A stretch of 63,977 bases of DNA, filler included, from Choristocarpus tenellus KU-1152 (Eukaryota > Protista > Phaeophyceae), in NCBI GenBank assembly GCA_964200185.2. It is 12 parts of 12 records of this genome, joined end to end, with 100 filler letters (N's around TTAATTAATTAA, not from the genome) between each part and the next. Parts side by side here need not be neighbours in the genome. Positions count along the whole stretch, not along the records: positions 45,222 to 49,737 come from CAXNAD020014203.1; positions 49,838 to 54,244 come from CAXNAD020014697.1; positions 54,345 to 60,417 come from CAXNAD020009010.1; positions 60,518 to 63,977 come from CAXNAD020019893.1; 8 more parts are not named here. One strand, written 5' to 3'. Position 1 is the stretch's first letter; each line of letters begins with the position of its first letter. Position numbers and translations under genes: made by a program. Positions 49,507-61,970 of this stretch are shown one piece after another. A model generated the notes under the pieces. It worked only from the letters and a program-made list of their open reading frames with translations, searched no databases and was not told where the DNA came from.

Positions 49507-49737
49507 GAGTGAAAGTATCTTGGAGGGTACGAGTTTTGCCCTGTTTGTCCATTTGGGGTTTGGCTTCCCATGGGGTTTTTGTGATATTTTTCCTACTCCG
49601 AAATGTTTCAGAGTAGGTAATATGTATATGTTATGAAATGGTGTGTCCGGAACAAGGATACTGACACTTCCTAACAAATACGACGGATAAAATTACATGG
49701 AAATCGCAACATTGGATTTCGGCCCCCGAATGGACGC
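49507..49737 (-). mobile_element. MITE family A, adjacent copy truncated by contig end
   Basis: GAGTGAAAGTATCTTGGAGGGTACGAG terminus 90 bp after the previous copy, same orientation. Confidence 0.9.
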
Positions 49738-49837
49738 NNNNNNNNNNNNNNNNNNNNNNNNNNNNNNNNNNNNNNNNNNNNTTAATTAATTAANNNNNNN
49801 NNNNNNNNNNNNNNNNNNNNNNNNNNNNNNNNNNNNN

Positions 49838-52800
49838 TGCCATGATCTGGTCCACCTCAGCGTTACCCTCCTCCCGACCACGTTTCCCCCCCCTTCCACT
49901 AACCAACCCAGCCTCTTGTCTTTTTCTACTCCCCTCCTCCCCTCCCCACTTATGCTCCTTGCCTCCAACCAACTGCAATTCCCTTTCTTGATCTGCTCTG
50001 GTACCTTGATCTTGAATATTGGCGCGTTTTTTCTCTCTTTGGATCTAATTTGGACCACAGTTGTCGAAGAGAGGGGCAGAGGCATTGGCAAGTGGGAAGT
50101 GGGAAGACAAAATATCATCACCATCCACCACGTAGATTTGAATGCTCATATATTTTGGTTCCCCCAATAAGGAAATGCCAAAAATGGTGAGGAGGTAAGG
50201 GACTTGAAAAAAAAAATCAAGTTTTGAACTGATATATCATCTCATTTGAGCTCAGGACTCCCAGTGACTAAGCATGGTTGCATGCCTCCCTTTATGTTAC
50301 AACCTCCTTCAACACTACTACCATATAATATAGTATTATTACTATTATTAGTAATAATATCACACTTGGGGTTGGGATTTGAGACTTATATTAGGTTCAC
50401 CCCTACAAGTACCACTGCAACATTTACCCCTGCCCCCTTACCAGACATAGATACCCATGAAGGTGCTATGCTCACCTTGCCCCGACTTTTCTTCTCAGCA
50501 CCCTGTGACCTGACCGGCCGACCATCCTGCCCCAGCCCCAAAGTCTTCAGCTCCTCCTTCTGCCGCTCAAACTTTTCATGGCGGCTCTGGAGGTATGAGG
50601 GGAGGGGAGGGAGAAGAAACATGTGTGAAGGAGTGGTACTACTACAGTGGGATGGGTAGATGACAGACAACAGCAGCCAAGAGAGGAGGAGGGTTGACGA
50701 CTGGATGGTACAACACCAAGTGCAGTCACTCTTCTGACATTATTTGCAGCTCTGACCTGCTGCAGCTTAAGCTTGGCGTGGTTCTCCACACTGAACTCCA
50801 CAATAAGTCGTGACGATTCGCCCTTAGCCGCACCGACAGACCGTGCTGAGCCTGAGTAGGCAGGGTTATTGTTGAGCTGTCGCAGCGCTGCCAACGCCTG
50901 ACCATGGTTACTGAACTCTACAAAGCCATAGCCCTTACTGGGGTGGAGTGCCTGGGGGTCCTGCGTGCACATGAAAGGAGGGGAGGGATTTGTAAATCAG
51001 GACAAAATTTATTCTCCTAGTAGAGCATTTCCTGGACCTCATCTTGATGTAGCAAAGAATTTATTTTTTCTGCACCATTGGAATAGGAAACAAAAAACAG
51101 AGAGACTGCCGATATAGTTCAAGCTCCAATGATATGTTTTATTTTCCTTTTATATCTCTGATGTAACGCTATTTTCTGAATGAGGTAAGGTCATGGTAGT
51201 GTCCGGGCAGGATCAATGCACTCAGGTGGCCTTCCTTCCCATCTCCTTGTCACAACATTTGACTGACTACACACAGCATGCAAGACAGACAAATTAAGGG
51301 CAGTCAGAGCAAAGTCAATCAACGGTTGCAGCTCTGCATGGGCTCTCAATCGATATACAGAAAATATTAAGATACATGTTTCATGTATATTTCAGTGAAT
51401 TACAGACAGTACACACAACCTAGTATAGGGTAGTAAAGAAATAAAGCATACATTCCAAGTACATACACACATACACATACTGAAAAAAAAAATCCCACCA
51501 GTCTATTCCAAAATCAGCACTTGAGATTGTAACAGAAACAAGCAGCGATTCAGTGAATAAGAGCAAAATCCATGATTCCACTTTTCAAGCTGCAGGAATC
51601 ACATCTCACACAATTCCGTCCTTGTGAAAGATTTCTATGGCAGACAGCGGTGGTCAAGAAAATACATGAACACAAACCTTTGTATGCTTTCAATCTTGCT
51701 TCAAATCATTCTTTGAATAATCAAGAGTATGATGCACTCCTCATTTTAAATGTGCACTGACAAAACCGATACTATATCACCTTCAAGCATTCATATATTG
51801 GCTGCTGTAGTAATTGGGGGTGCACTTTTCGATAGTTACATGCTTCACTTTCAGAGCTAAGTAGATCCACTCCAAACAGACCTGTGCACTAAGACATCAG
51901 TGTCCTTCCAATACCTCCCGTACACACACACACACACACACACACACAGGTTCCATACCTTCACATCAGGCTTCTTGTCCATATTGCGGATGACCTTACA
52001 CTTGACCACAGAATTTGCAGTGACTGGGGGAATGCGAATCCGCTCAGGGGTGATAGAGGCAAAGTCTTCTCCCTGTGCAGCAAGTAACACAGAATGGTCA
52101 AAATATCTTAAAGTAACTTATGTCAGAAAAAAGAGAGCTGGAATATTATTAATGATTCCCTCAACCAAGTTGACAAGATTTAAATCACAATTGTAAAAAG
52201 CAAGCAAGAAAGCAAGAAAGCTGTAACAAGTCAACTAAGGTGGCGATCAATCATGCAATGGATATGGACCAATTGACCAATCAGCATCCAATAAATCGAG
52301 CTACTACACAGACGAACAAGTAATGTTTGGTGTGGTGCAGTCATGGTAGAGAGGGATGGGGGTGGGGTGGGGGGGATACTGAAGAAATAAAATTACAAAC
52401 AAGAGACATACAGGCAACAGAGCACAGAGAGTGGAGGCACAGACAGAGCTAAACACAAACAAACCTCTCTATATTTAGAGTTCATAGAGGAAGAGGCGTT
52501 CATACTCTCAACAACAAAATTGTGGAAGCTCTGCTTCACTTAGTTATCACTACTGCCTCGTTTGCTATCCCCACCAACCTAGTGAGACCTACCACAATAA
52601 ACTCCATTAGAGCAATTACAAGTAGTACCTGTGCCTCCAAGTAGCGACGGCAATCTTGTGGAGTTGCCAGCCCTTCCTTGAGGCCTGCCCTGGCAGCATT
52701 CGCTGCCAACGCCTTCAGCTTGGAATCCGTCACGTGACTGACCAGGTTACGAACACTCAATCGGACAGGGCTCACAAAAAATATCTGAGATAGCAAAAGA

Positions 52801-53851
52801 AGAATGAGGAACAAAGCATGTAGCATTCAAAACCCCTTGCTATTTTTTCAGAAAAAAAATTTACAATATATATATAAATGTATGTCGACTTCCTCTGTTC
52901 AGCATCAGTTCAAATAGCTTGCATGGGTGAGAAAAAATCCTGCATTAGGTAGGTGTTTCTTGCAACTTCACAGTCGGGAGCGGGAAAAGGGTAGACGAAC
53001 TCAGATTTCACTAAAACTTTAGGGTAACCTCAGAACGGGTTCTTCCAAGACCTCCACAAAAAATAACCAAAATCTGATACCACCTTGTGCATTTATAGCC
53101 TGCGCCGAAAACTGTTCAAACTGATGCTGACCAGAGGAAGTAATTCACCAAGAGCAATGCTGTTCTGCAATACAGCACAGCACTATTATCACAACACTAG
53201 CCCAGTCCAGTAAACTCCCCAGTGGAGGAGAAAAGGATATGATTTTGGGAAGTAGGGAGTATATGTGGCGGAAATTCGTCTGCCCATACCAAACTCTGCA
53301 CCAGATTCAAATGAGATATAGTAAAAAAAATATATAGCTATACACAATTAGAGTAGAGAAACTATCAGAGGGAAAAGAATGAGATCAGTGATCACATCTG
53401 AGGTCTCCATACAAGGTCTAACCACAGTTGCAATCAGTTCTTACATGCAGCACTTGTAAAAAAAACACATTGCACATGAAAAAAATAGTAGTAATTTCAA
53501 CATTCCTCCACAATAGTCAGTCACACTACTAAAACCAGGTTAATAGAAGAGTACCAACTTTCCTTAATTAATGAAGTATGAAAAAAATCAAACCCCATCC
53601 CATCCCATCCCATCCCGTCACATCACATATATATTTGGACAGCACTCAATAGCATTCAATGCATCATCTTTGCACTCACCGGGTTCTTGAGCTTGAGCTT
53701 CTTGTCCTGCCTTGCCTTCCGTCTCTTCTCCAAATCCGCCTGAGCTGCCCCCTCCGCTGCTCCTGTCCCCTCCAAGATCAATCCCTCATTAGCAAGGTAC
53801 AGATTTCTCTTATCCCTATGACCCGACCTCTTCTGGGCACCAGCAGTCAAC
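49838..53851 (-). CDS. RBM28: RNA-binding protein 28 / nucleolar protein NOP4 (partial, spliced)
   Basis: Phase-compatible exons: 53851-53680 (DKRNLYLANEG...KLKNP), 52784-52629 (FVSPVRLSVRNL), 52072-51959, 50960-50757 (SKGYGFVEF...ALAALRQLNNNP...RLIVEFSVEN), 50586-50476 and 50044-49838. These are signature RBM28/NOP4 RRM4 motifs. Confidence 0.95.
52888..53141. mobile_element. MITE with 23-bp TIRs in an RBM28 intron
   Basis: ACTTCCTCTGTTCAGCATCAGTT ... AACTGATGCTGACCAGAGGAAGT (one mismatch). Confidence 0.82.
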
Positions 53852-54344
53852 CTACCCGCCTTGCTCAGTCACACCACCATATAGTAACCAAAAAGGAAGT
53901 ATTGCCCAAACACATCATTTAAATGATCACATTGTATCCCCACATATAGCCACCAGACACAAGATACGTAACCCCAGGGCGCCACGCCACCACACAGACC
54001 CCATGCACACAAAATGCCGGGGAATAGGGCAGAGAGTGGGGAGCAAACATTCACAGGAAGTCATGGGAGGGGAAGAGCAGTGAGTGAACAGGTGATACAG
54101 GTCTGATGGTGACTATTGATTGATGATTGATGATTGTTGGAAGAAAAGTGGGCATGGAGGGGGGAGAGGGAGGAGGGGGGGGGGATCCTGCATCTTCTAG
54201 ATACATTAGCAGGGTAATACCTGTCCTGTATAACACCATATTTCNNNNNNNNNNNNNNNNNNNNNNNNNNNNNNNNNNNNNNNNNNNNTTAATTAATTAA
54301 NNNNNNNNNNNNNNNNNNNNNNNNNNNNNNNNNNNNNNNNNNNN

Positions 54345-54406
54345 ATGTATGTATGTATGTATGTATGTATGTATGTATGTATGTATGTATGTATGTATGT
54401 ATGTAT
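54345..54406. repeat. (ATGT)n microsatellite
   Basis: About 15 perfect units at the contig start. Confidence 0.95.
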
Positions 54407-54921
54407 CAGTGTGGGTGTTTCAGGACTTGATACGATACCATTGGTCATAACAAGGAAAAAAAAGAAGGTACGGTAGACACCTTACCACTAAAGAGCTGGT
54501 AGTGACCTCTTGGTACGGTGGAAGCAATTCGAAGAGGGGTCTTCTTGTCAAAACCTCAGCAATTCCAATTTCGTCTTAAAAAAAAAAACGAGTTCAAGCT
54601 TGGAAGGCGGTCAAAAGGTAATCTCACACCCCTAAAAGCTACTTCCCATTACGACGAGCAGTGACTGAAATCTGGTGTACAAACTCTTTAAATGTTCTTT
54701 TCGTTTGCTACCCATAGATAAAGCTTTTCTTTCTTTTTTTTTTTTTCATATTACTTGACTTCAACACCGGAGAGAGACAGAATTTGAATATCTCGGAGAT
54801 TTGTCACGATACTCTTGAGAGAGGAAGTGTCCCAGGCCTGTACTAATATTGTGCGTCGCTTCCCAATATCCAACAACTCCCTCTCGTTCAATACATACGC
54901 TTCAATACACGCATCAAATCA

Positions 54922-55113
54922 AACCTAACCCTAGCCTCTCTTCGACTGTATTACTCTGTGAAGAGGCATCGGCTGTGGCTTCAAGTTAGGCTCAGGCTTA
55001 GGATCTAGCGTCATCCCTAACCCTAAATTCACATCGCGGTAGGCGTTTGTCACCGCGTCGAAGCATACACAAAAGTAGGGTTAGGGTTAGGATTAGGGTT
55101 AGGGTTAGGGTTA
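54922..55113. repeat. Interstitial telomere-like repeats in both orientations
   Basis: CCTAACCCTAG (54924), TTAGGCTCAGGCTTAGG (54986), CCCTAACCCTAA (55015) and about six TTAGGG units (55076-55113). Confidence 0.8.
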
Positions 55114-55232
55114 GATCGCTTCCACTCAATGTTTTATCAACAAAAGAACAAAAGATTATACTCGAAACATTTTCACTTCAAACGCCTTGCCTATGTGCGT
55201 ATATATCCGTCAACGGTGGCCATCATTCATCA

Positions 55233-55279
<47 letters not shown>

Positions 55280-56204
55280 TACACACACGCCTTCCTACCG
55301 TGCAATCAAAACCTTTTTGGAGCTATATTTTGCGATGATACTGTACCTAGCGCATAGCCTCTGCCCTGCCTACAATAACCTGCAGGTCAACCACGAGCAG
55401 ATAAACACCAAATACTCGGAACTCCATTCACCCTTAAGAGTACAGCTCTGAAAAGTTAAAACTCTACAACTGATAGAAATCAAAGGACTACTGTTGTGTG
55501 AAAAACAAACTACACATATGGTCATCGACCGGTATTTGTACACGGGATGAATCGGGATGAATCGGGATGAATTGTGAAATCCACGAGAGACAGGAATGGT
55601 AACCTCCAACCATACATCAACCATACATCAACCATATATGCATGCAAACAGGGATACACCTTGATTCAGAAAAGACAAGAGGACTGATGATAGATCTGTC
55701 AGGATTGAACACGTCACAATTAATCTTGCTCCCACAAACAAGATAAGCTCGAAGAGAATTTGAAGGTATCACATCACACACAACATACACCCCTCTACCA
55801 CTCCCTTTCATATCCATTGCAGTACCCACGGAAAATTCCACTGCTGGGTGTGTATGGCACATTTGATGAACGTGTCAATTCAACTCCAGGCGGGAATTAG
55901 CACATCGGTGGGGGGAGGAGGGCATCATCACTATCTCCAGTATGAACAATGATGCTGAACTGTGCTGCAGCACCTCATACCCCTAACACCACCCCGGACA
56001 CCAAACTCACACCGAGCGCACACCACTTAAGCAATCCCTACACAATATCCGCAACCTCACACGTAAGAAGCACAGCAGAAAGAAAAATCTATATATACAC
56101 GGGTTTTAATAGAGAGACAGGCTTCTATATCGTTTGAACTACTCTTGGATTTTAAACAATTCCAAGACACACAACACCAAACAAACCATTGGAAAACCAT
56201 TCAC

Positions 56205-57267
56205 CTGCTCCCCTTCTGCGGCCTCTGCCATGGTAACTCCTGCTGCTTCTCCTGCTTCCCCGGCTCCATCCCCTTCCTCCTCATCCCCCTGAGCCCCCTC
56301 CCGGCCCAGCGAGACTTCCCACAGGAGGGTCCCATCCAGGGAACTCCACATCCTAACCAATTGTCCACTGGATGATACGCTCACAACATGACGACTTCGT
56401 GTAGTGGACACAAAGTCCACTGGGTCTTCCACTTCAAAAACACGACGCCAGGTGGCCTTGCCAGAGGATGTGTCTAGGGATGCAATAGCTGGTGCCTTTT
56501 AAGTGTGATAAAATCCGTAAAGATTTTTTCAAATATTGGATGTGGAGGGTATATATCATACATTTTGGGGGTTTGGGTGGGATCAGGGAAAGGGGAAGGG
56601 GAGGGAGGGGAAGGGTGACGTAAATATGGAGAAATACACTGATTTTCTTGACGTTTGGGAATGATTCGGAGGGGAGTGCTAGTGTCGGGGTCATGAAAAG
56701 GCAATAGCGAATCAGAAGCTCAACTCCGTGTTCTTACCGAAGGACGAGGACATTGCTAAACTCGACCTGCTGTCTTACCTGACATATATGGTTTCCTTCA
56801 AGTGAGGAAATTCTATTGTGAACATAAAGGCAGTAAGTAGTCTGGTAGAGTGATTTGAAATCTTCTGTTGTTTGTTCCAACAGGTACTGTTTGTTTAGAC
56901 ACACATCGACCAGTAAGGTGCCATGATAGTAGTATCATTTTCAATAACAAGGCTTGCTCAGTGGACTCTAAAATTCCAACTACAGATCTAGAGACAGACA
57001 TCAGATCTCTTTCTTCCCCACCTCTTATGTATTGCAATGCCTTCACTTGACTAGTAGGCTCCGACGTCGTTGTGCCCACAGATACATATGTTTCCTTACC
57101 TCCCCGACCACAATGGCGTGCCCGTATCCATCAAATAGAGAAGATTGCACTCGACCGATGTTCTCCCTATGCCAGTCTAACTTCCCAGCTTCGTTCTCGT
57201 AGAGGCCCTCAATACGCCTCGTGCATAGGCCAAGACCAGCCAAGACCACTCCGAGCGCCGCGCGCAT
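56205..57267 (-). CDS. EMC1: ER membrane protein complex subunit 1, first two exons
   Basis: Exon 57267-57100 encodes a signal peptide plus GLYENEAGKLDWHRENIG (EMC1 N-terminal L-Y-E-x-x-x-G-x-x-DW). Exon 56495-56205 encodes IASLDTSSGKATWRRVF...VRMWSSLDGTLLWE (PQQ-like repeats). The junction is phase 0. Confidence 0.9.
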
Positions 57268-58070
57268 CTTTACCTGAATTGGGGGTAGAACGGTGCAGTT
57301 GGGGGTGTGGAGGGGTGAATGAGATTACGGTCTTGGTGGCAAATAATTTGCAACACTGTCGATTGATGGAATGAGATGGATTCGCTGGGTTGTTGGTCAA
57401 AGAGGTGCGTGTCACGACCTGAGACGACGACCATCCCCATACCCTACCGTACCTACTGCATTAATCCAACAGGGATATGATATAGTCGGAAAAAATCGGA
57501 AGCAGGGTGCAAGTTGTCCCCAAAACCTGGTACGCAATCTCGTGGTTTGGGAGTGACTTGAAGCAATTAAACTGTTCGCCAAGATGCAAATGTTGTTTAA
57601 CACAGGGACCGTGTGTCTCGACAAGAACTGATGCATCAAAAGTTTTTCAAAGGATGGCTCGGTAGTCGTGGCCAAAGATAAGCATAATGGAGAAGGGACA
57701 GGGTGACGAAGCACTATCTGAAGCGAGAAGACTTTAGGCGGTCTTATCCTGGACCATAGCAATCTGCTTAATCTTAGTCTACGCTGCTCTTGCTTTCACA
57801 CTCTCACAACTTAGTGTTTGGATCACTAATCACATCCGTTTCCGTGCCACCGTAAGCCCTCGTCAATTCAGTGTACCTTGCGCAGCCACCAAACCCTCTC
57901 CCTGCTGTTGCCAATGGACATCTCAAGTTAAAGGTTTGATCAAAACAACGCCTCACCGTGGAAGGCAGCATCCATAGTCTAAACCTATAATATTGACAGG
58001 ACCAACATCTGAACCCCAAACAGGAGTAGGCGACAAGGAGCACAGTTTGGTTGGACACCAAGTGCTAGTC
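57268..58070. promoter_or_regulatory. Putative bidirectional promoter between EMC1 and SRP72
   Basis: 803 bp between divergent ATGs on one contig. I could not recognise any MITE or microsatellite in it. Confidence 0.6.
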
Positions 58071-59229
58071 ATGCCCGATGAGGTGGTGGACGAGCTGAAG
58101 GAGGTATTCCGTGAAGTGCAGGAGTGCCTGGGGCATGAGAATTATGAAAAAGCCATTCTACTTTGCAATAAGGGTGAGCATCTCCATGTAGGACACCCCA
58201 CGGACGTGAGGACAAGTTTCCATTCGACGACTGCATATTGCTATCCTGTACTGATTGATTCGTCTTTGTTGACTTTGTTGCAGCCCATCAAATCACTGTC
58301 GTTTGTGAGTTAGTGCACTGTAACTGACTGCTAAACCTGCATTGAAACCCTGTTGATACACCAATAGGGAAGGGGCTTGGTTCTTGACGCCATGGCCTGT
58401 TTTGACCTATCTGCACAAATGTTTTTTCCATTCACTAACAGTCCGTTCGAAGAAGCCGGATGATCTGGATGCGATCCGTGTGAAGTGCCTTTGCCTCATC
58501 CATCTTGAGAAGTACGACAAGGTATTGGACGAGTACAAGTAGTATTGTACCAGGGAAGAAATGTATCCAACACCGACACATTTCTATACCTTTTTGGTGC
58601 GGAATATGCTGAGCTTGGGTGCATTAGCATCATTCTGCCTTACCACTGTTAAGTTATACTCTGGTTTGGGAGGCAATTTCAAGTTGGTATTGAGGTCCCT
58701 CTACTTATTTCCATGGTCTTTTGAAAAAGCTTCCTGGGCAGCTAGCTTCCTCTTCAAGTACAGATCAGTTTTTAGTTCCGTTTGCAAGGTCCCGGACGAA
58801 TTAAAGTAGGTATGCCTTGTAATGGTGCTGAAGCTCGGGATTGGCGCTCTCTGTACCGCTCAACAAAGGACAAGCTCCCTGCAGTGAAGAACTAGATATA
58901 CGGCTGGACCATACACCCAATGCGATTTTTCAACGCAAAACACAACTAACCTGTTTGCATTGCAGAGCTATTCGTAATCTCTTTCACAGGGCATGCAACT
59001 CCTTTAATACCATACCCGTTCTTCCCATCCCCCCAACACCTCAACCGTACACGTCATTCCATCGCTTTCAAAGGCTCTCCAAACAGTGTCAGGGAAGCAA
59101 AAGGACCGTTTCATATTTGAGCGAGCTTATTGCCTCTTCCGAGTAGTGGACCTTGAGGGAGCTCTTGCTACTATTGAAGAGGCTGGCGAGGAAACCAGTG
59201 GGGCTGCACTCCAACACCTGAAGGCTCAG
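58071..59229 (+). CDS. SRP72: Signal recognition particle subunit SRP72, first three exons
   Basis: Exons 58071-58173 (ENYEKAILLCNK), 58442-58521 (PDDLDAIRVKCLCLIHLEKYDK) and 59074-59229 (FERAYCLFR...LQHLKAQ) join in phase. They match the SRP72 N-terminal TPR motifs FE-x-AYC-x-Y/F-R and L-x-AQ. Confidence 0.9.
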
Positions 59230-59460
59230 GTGAAGCCTTTGGATGGCGTCCTCCGTAGCAGTCAACAGTGTATTGTATGCCTACGTATCAACTATTACGG
59301 TTGCCTCATCTTCTTTTTCTTATAACTATCAAAGACAAAGTATATGAATCTGAAAATAAGTGGTGTAATTCAATCCACATTCTCTCCTTCAAAGACAATT
59401 GAATCAACGTTCGGTGTACTTTTGTTTGTTGTGTACTTTTGTTTGTTTGTATCCATGCCC

Positions 59461-59628
59461 TGTTAGTGATATCTCTCACATTGTTGGTAATATCTCTCTC
59501 ATTGTTGGTGATATCTCTCATATTGTTGGTGATATCTCTCACATTGTTGGTGATATCTCTCTCATTGTTGGTGATATCTCTCATATTGTTGGTGATATCT
59601 CTCACATTGTTGGTGATATCTCTCTCAT
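59461..59628. repeat. 21-bp minisatellite x8 with 63-bp higher-order period
   Basis: Unit TGTTGGTGATATCTCTC(ACAT/TCAT/ATAT) in the order A-B-C-A-B-C-A-B. Confidence 0.95.
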
Positions 59629-60517
59629 TGACACAAGTGTACTAACTTAGAGCAAATGAGGTATGCACTATTAGTTTTGCGTGCAAATAATGCAGTGGTA
59701 TTTCAATGTCTTGACAGCATACGTGAGGAACTTGTTGCAGGTGGGCGAGGGGCTGGGAGATGGAGGTGCTGGTGTGTTTTTGGACATGGCGTAAGTGTTC
59801 TCTTCCTCTCCCCACTCCAAACCTCTCGTGGAAATCTTGAAGCACTTTTTTGAAAGTGCAGTCATCAAACCGTTCATGTGTGATACAGTGGCATCAGGTG
59901 GACCTGTCCCATTCCAATGGTCAATACCTCACTCGTGTAGTGTGTTGGTTTGTCTTCCCTTGTCCAACTTGGAAGGCAAAGTGTCGATGCATGTTACCAG
60001 TCACTTTGTGCTAGGGCACTGTAATTGCGTGAGGAGAGATTGACGGTTGTTACAATATGCAGTCAGGCGTTTTTTGCAAATGGCGAGTGTCTGAGTTGTT
60101 GTAGCACTGGCAACTTTGCAAGCTGTAGTGAGGTTTTTGTGCTGAAGAATAGAGGTGGATGTTGAGGGTGCTGTTGCAGCAGTTGAGGTGGTCAAGCGTA
60201 ATATGATCAATGTGGTACTGCGACCCACACAGAGACGCCTTCCATACCTCAGCAAAAATGAAAAAGAAAAAAAAAGAAAAAAACTCCAGTGCGCATTCCT
60301 AACAAAAAAATCATTTGTACCACACAAGACAAGCGATCCCTCATCGTACATACTACACACACAGAAACATCGACAGCGCCTCAAGGACATGCTGATAAAA
60401 CAAAACATGCCCCCCCCNNNNNNNNNNNNNNNNNNNNNNNNNNNNNNNNNNNNNNNNNNNNTTAATTAATTAANNNNNNNNNNNNNNNNNNNNNNNNNNN
60501 NNNNNNNNNNNNNNNNN

Positions 60518-61929
60518 CCCCAGAATCCTCTCTATCCCCTTCCCCTCGCACCCCTACACCCTTGCCACCTCCATTCCGGTGTCCAAGGGATGCTGCATCA
60601 GAAGTAGCAGAGGAACGCTCACTCCCTCGTTCCTCCTCAACTGATGTCGGGGTAATAGGATCATTGAAACACCCCTCCATATTAGTTACACATCCGCTCC
60701 CACCTCCACGCCTTGGTTCAGATCCTGCCCCAGCCCCAACCCCTGTAACACATGCGACCCCAGCACTGCTTCCAGGGCCAAAATAACCACGGGACATCAC
60801 ACCTGCCTCCATCCCTCCACCTGCTTCTACTTGTGCCTCAATCCCTGAACTTGCCCTTCCCCCTGTGCCTGAAAATGCTCGTGTTGAGGCAACAGGGCCA
60901 GCACTAGGGCCAGCAATAGCCACAGCATTGGCCCAGAGGCCAGAGTAGGGTGATAAGCATGGTGTGGAGGAAGGAGAGATGTTGGACACCAGAGCACATC
61001 GGTAGGCCTCAGCACTACTGTAGACCTATTTATGACAACCATTATACGGGAGTGTTTTAGAGGAATGAGTTGATTATGGGAAGGTGGACAGACGGGCAGG
61101 GCATTGAAGAAAGGAATTATCTACATCAATCAGCCAAGGGACTTTACTGCATGAGGTGAGGAGGGGGTTGTGATTCCAACCATGTTAGAATAAGACGTCC
61201 GTTGACAAGGGTAAACTACATACACTCACAAAGAAAAATCTGGGCACATATGTATAGAATGCCCATGAACGAAAGGTTCTGAAAGTCAATTAGTCAGTCA
61301 GTCAGTCAGTCAGTCTTTTGGCTGACAAGAACAAGTCAGGGGCTGCACGGACATCCCCGTTTTGTTTGGTCAAGCGCTAAAACTGTGTTTGGCAGATTGA
61401 AGTCATGAAGGGTTCTACCTAGTCCACCGCACAAAGAGATACAGGAAATCACACCACAGCAACAAAAAGCAGGATAAGCATAGGGAGAGAGAGGGATGAA
61501 ACAAACGGAACGGTCTTAAAACGTTCCTATGACAAAAACAAACACACATATATACATACATACACACACGCGCGCGCGCGCATGCACACAAAAAAAATCT
61601 TGGTGGTAACCAGTGAATCTTGAACAAAAATTAATCTGGTAGAGGAACGCTGGTATCGTATCACCTGGGCAGTGCAGGGCAGCTCCTTGACAACGTCTTC
61701 ATTTCGAGATTCGTAGAACCTGAGCTTGCCTTGGAAGAGGTAACCGCCCTCCCACCTTAAAACCACCAAATTGACCCAGACGAGGAACAGCAAGCAAGAA
61801 AAGCAAAGGGAGGGCCTTAGGATTGGGGGACCGGGAGAGTTGGTACTCAAAAAACACTCACAGCACAGTCTCAACTAATGGTGGCCTTCTACTCGAGCTG
61901 GCCAAGTACAAACAATATTTGATACTTCC

Positions 61930-61970
<41 letters not shown>

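Noticed and set aside
59306-59650. ORFs encoding RDITNN / VGDISHI / LLVISL repeats, and a CRISPR-like appearance
   Set aside because: These are by-products of a 21-bp minisatellite. There are no spacers, no cas genes and no convincing splice context.
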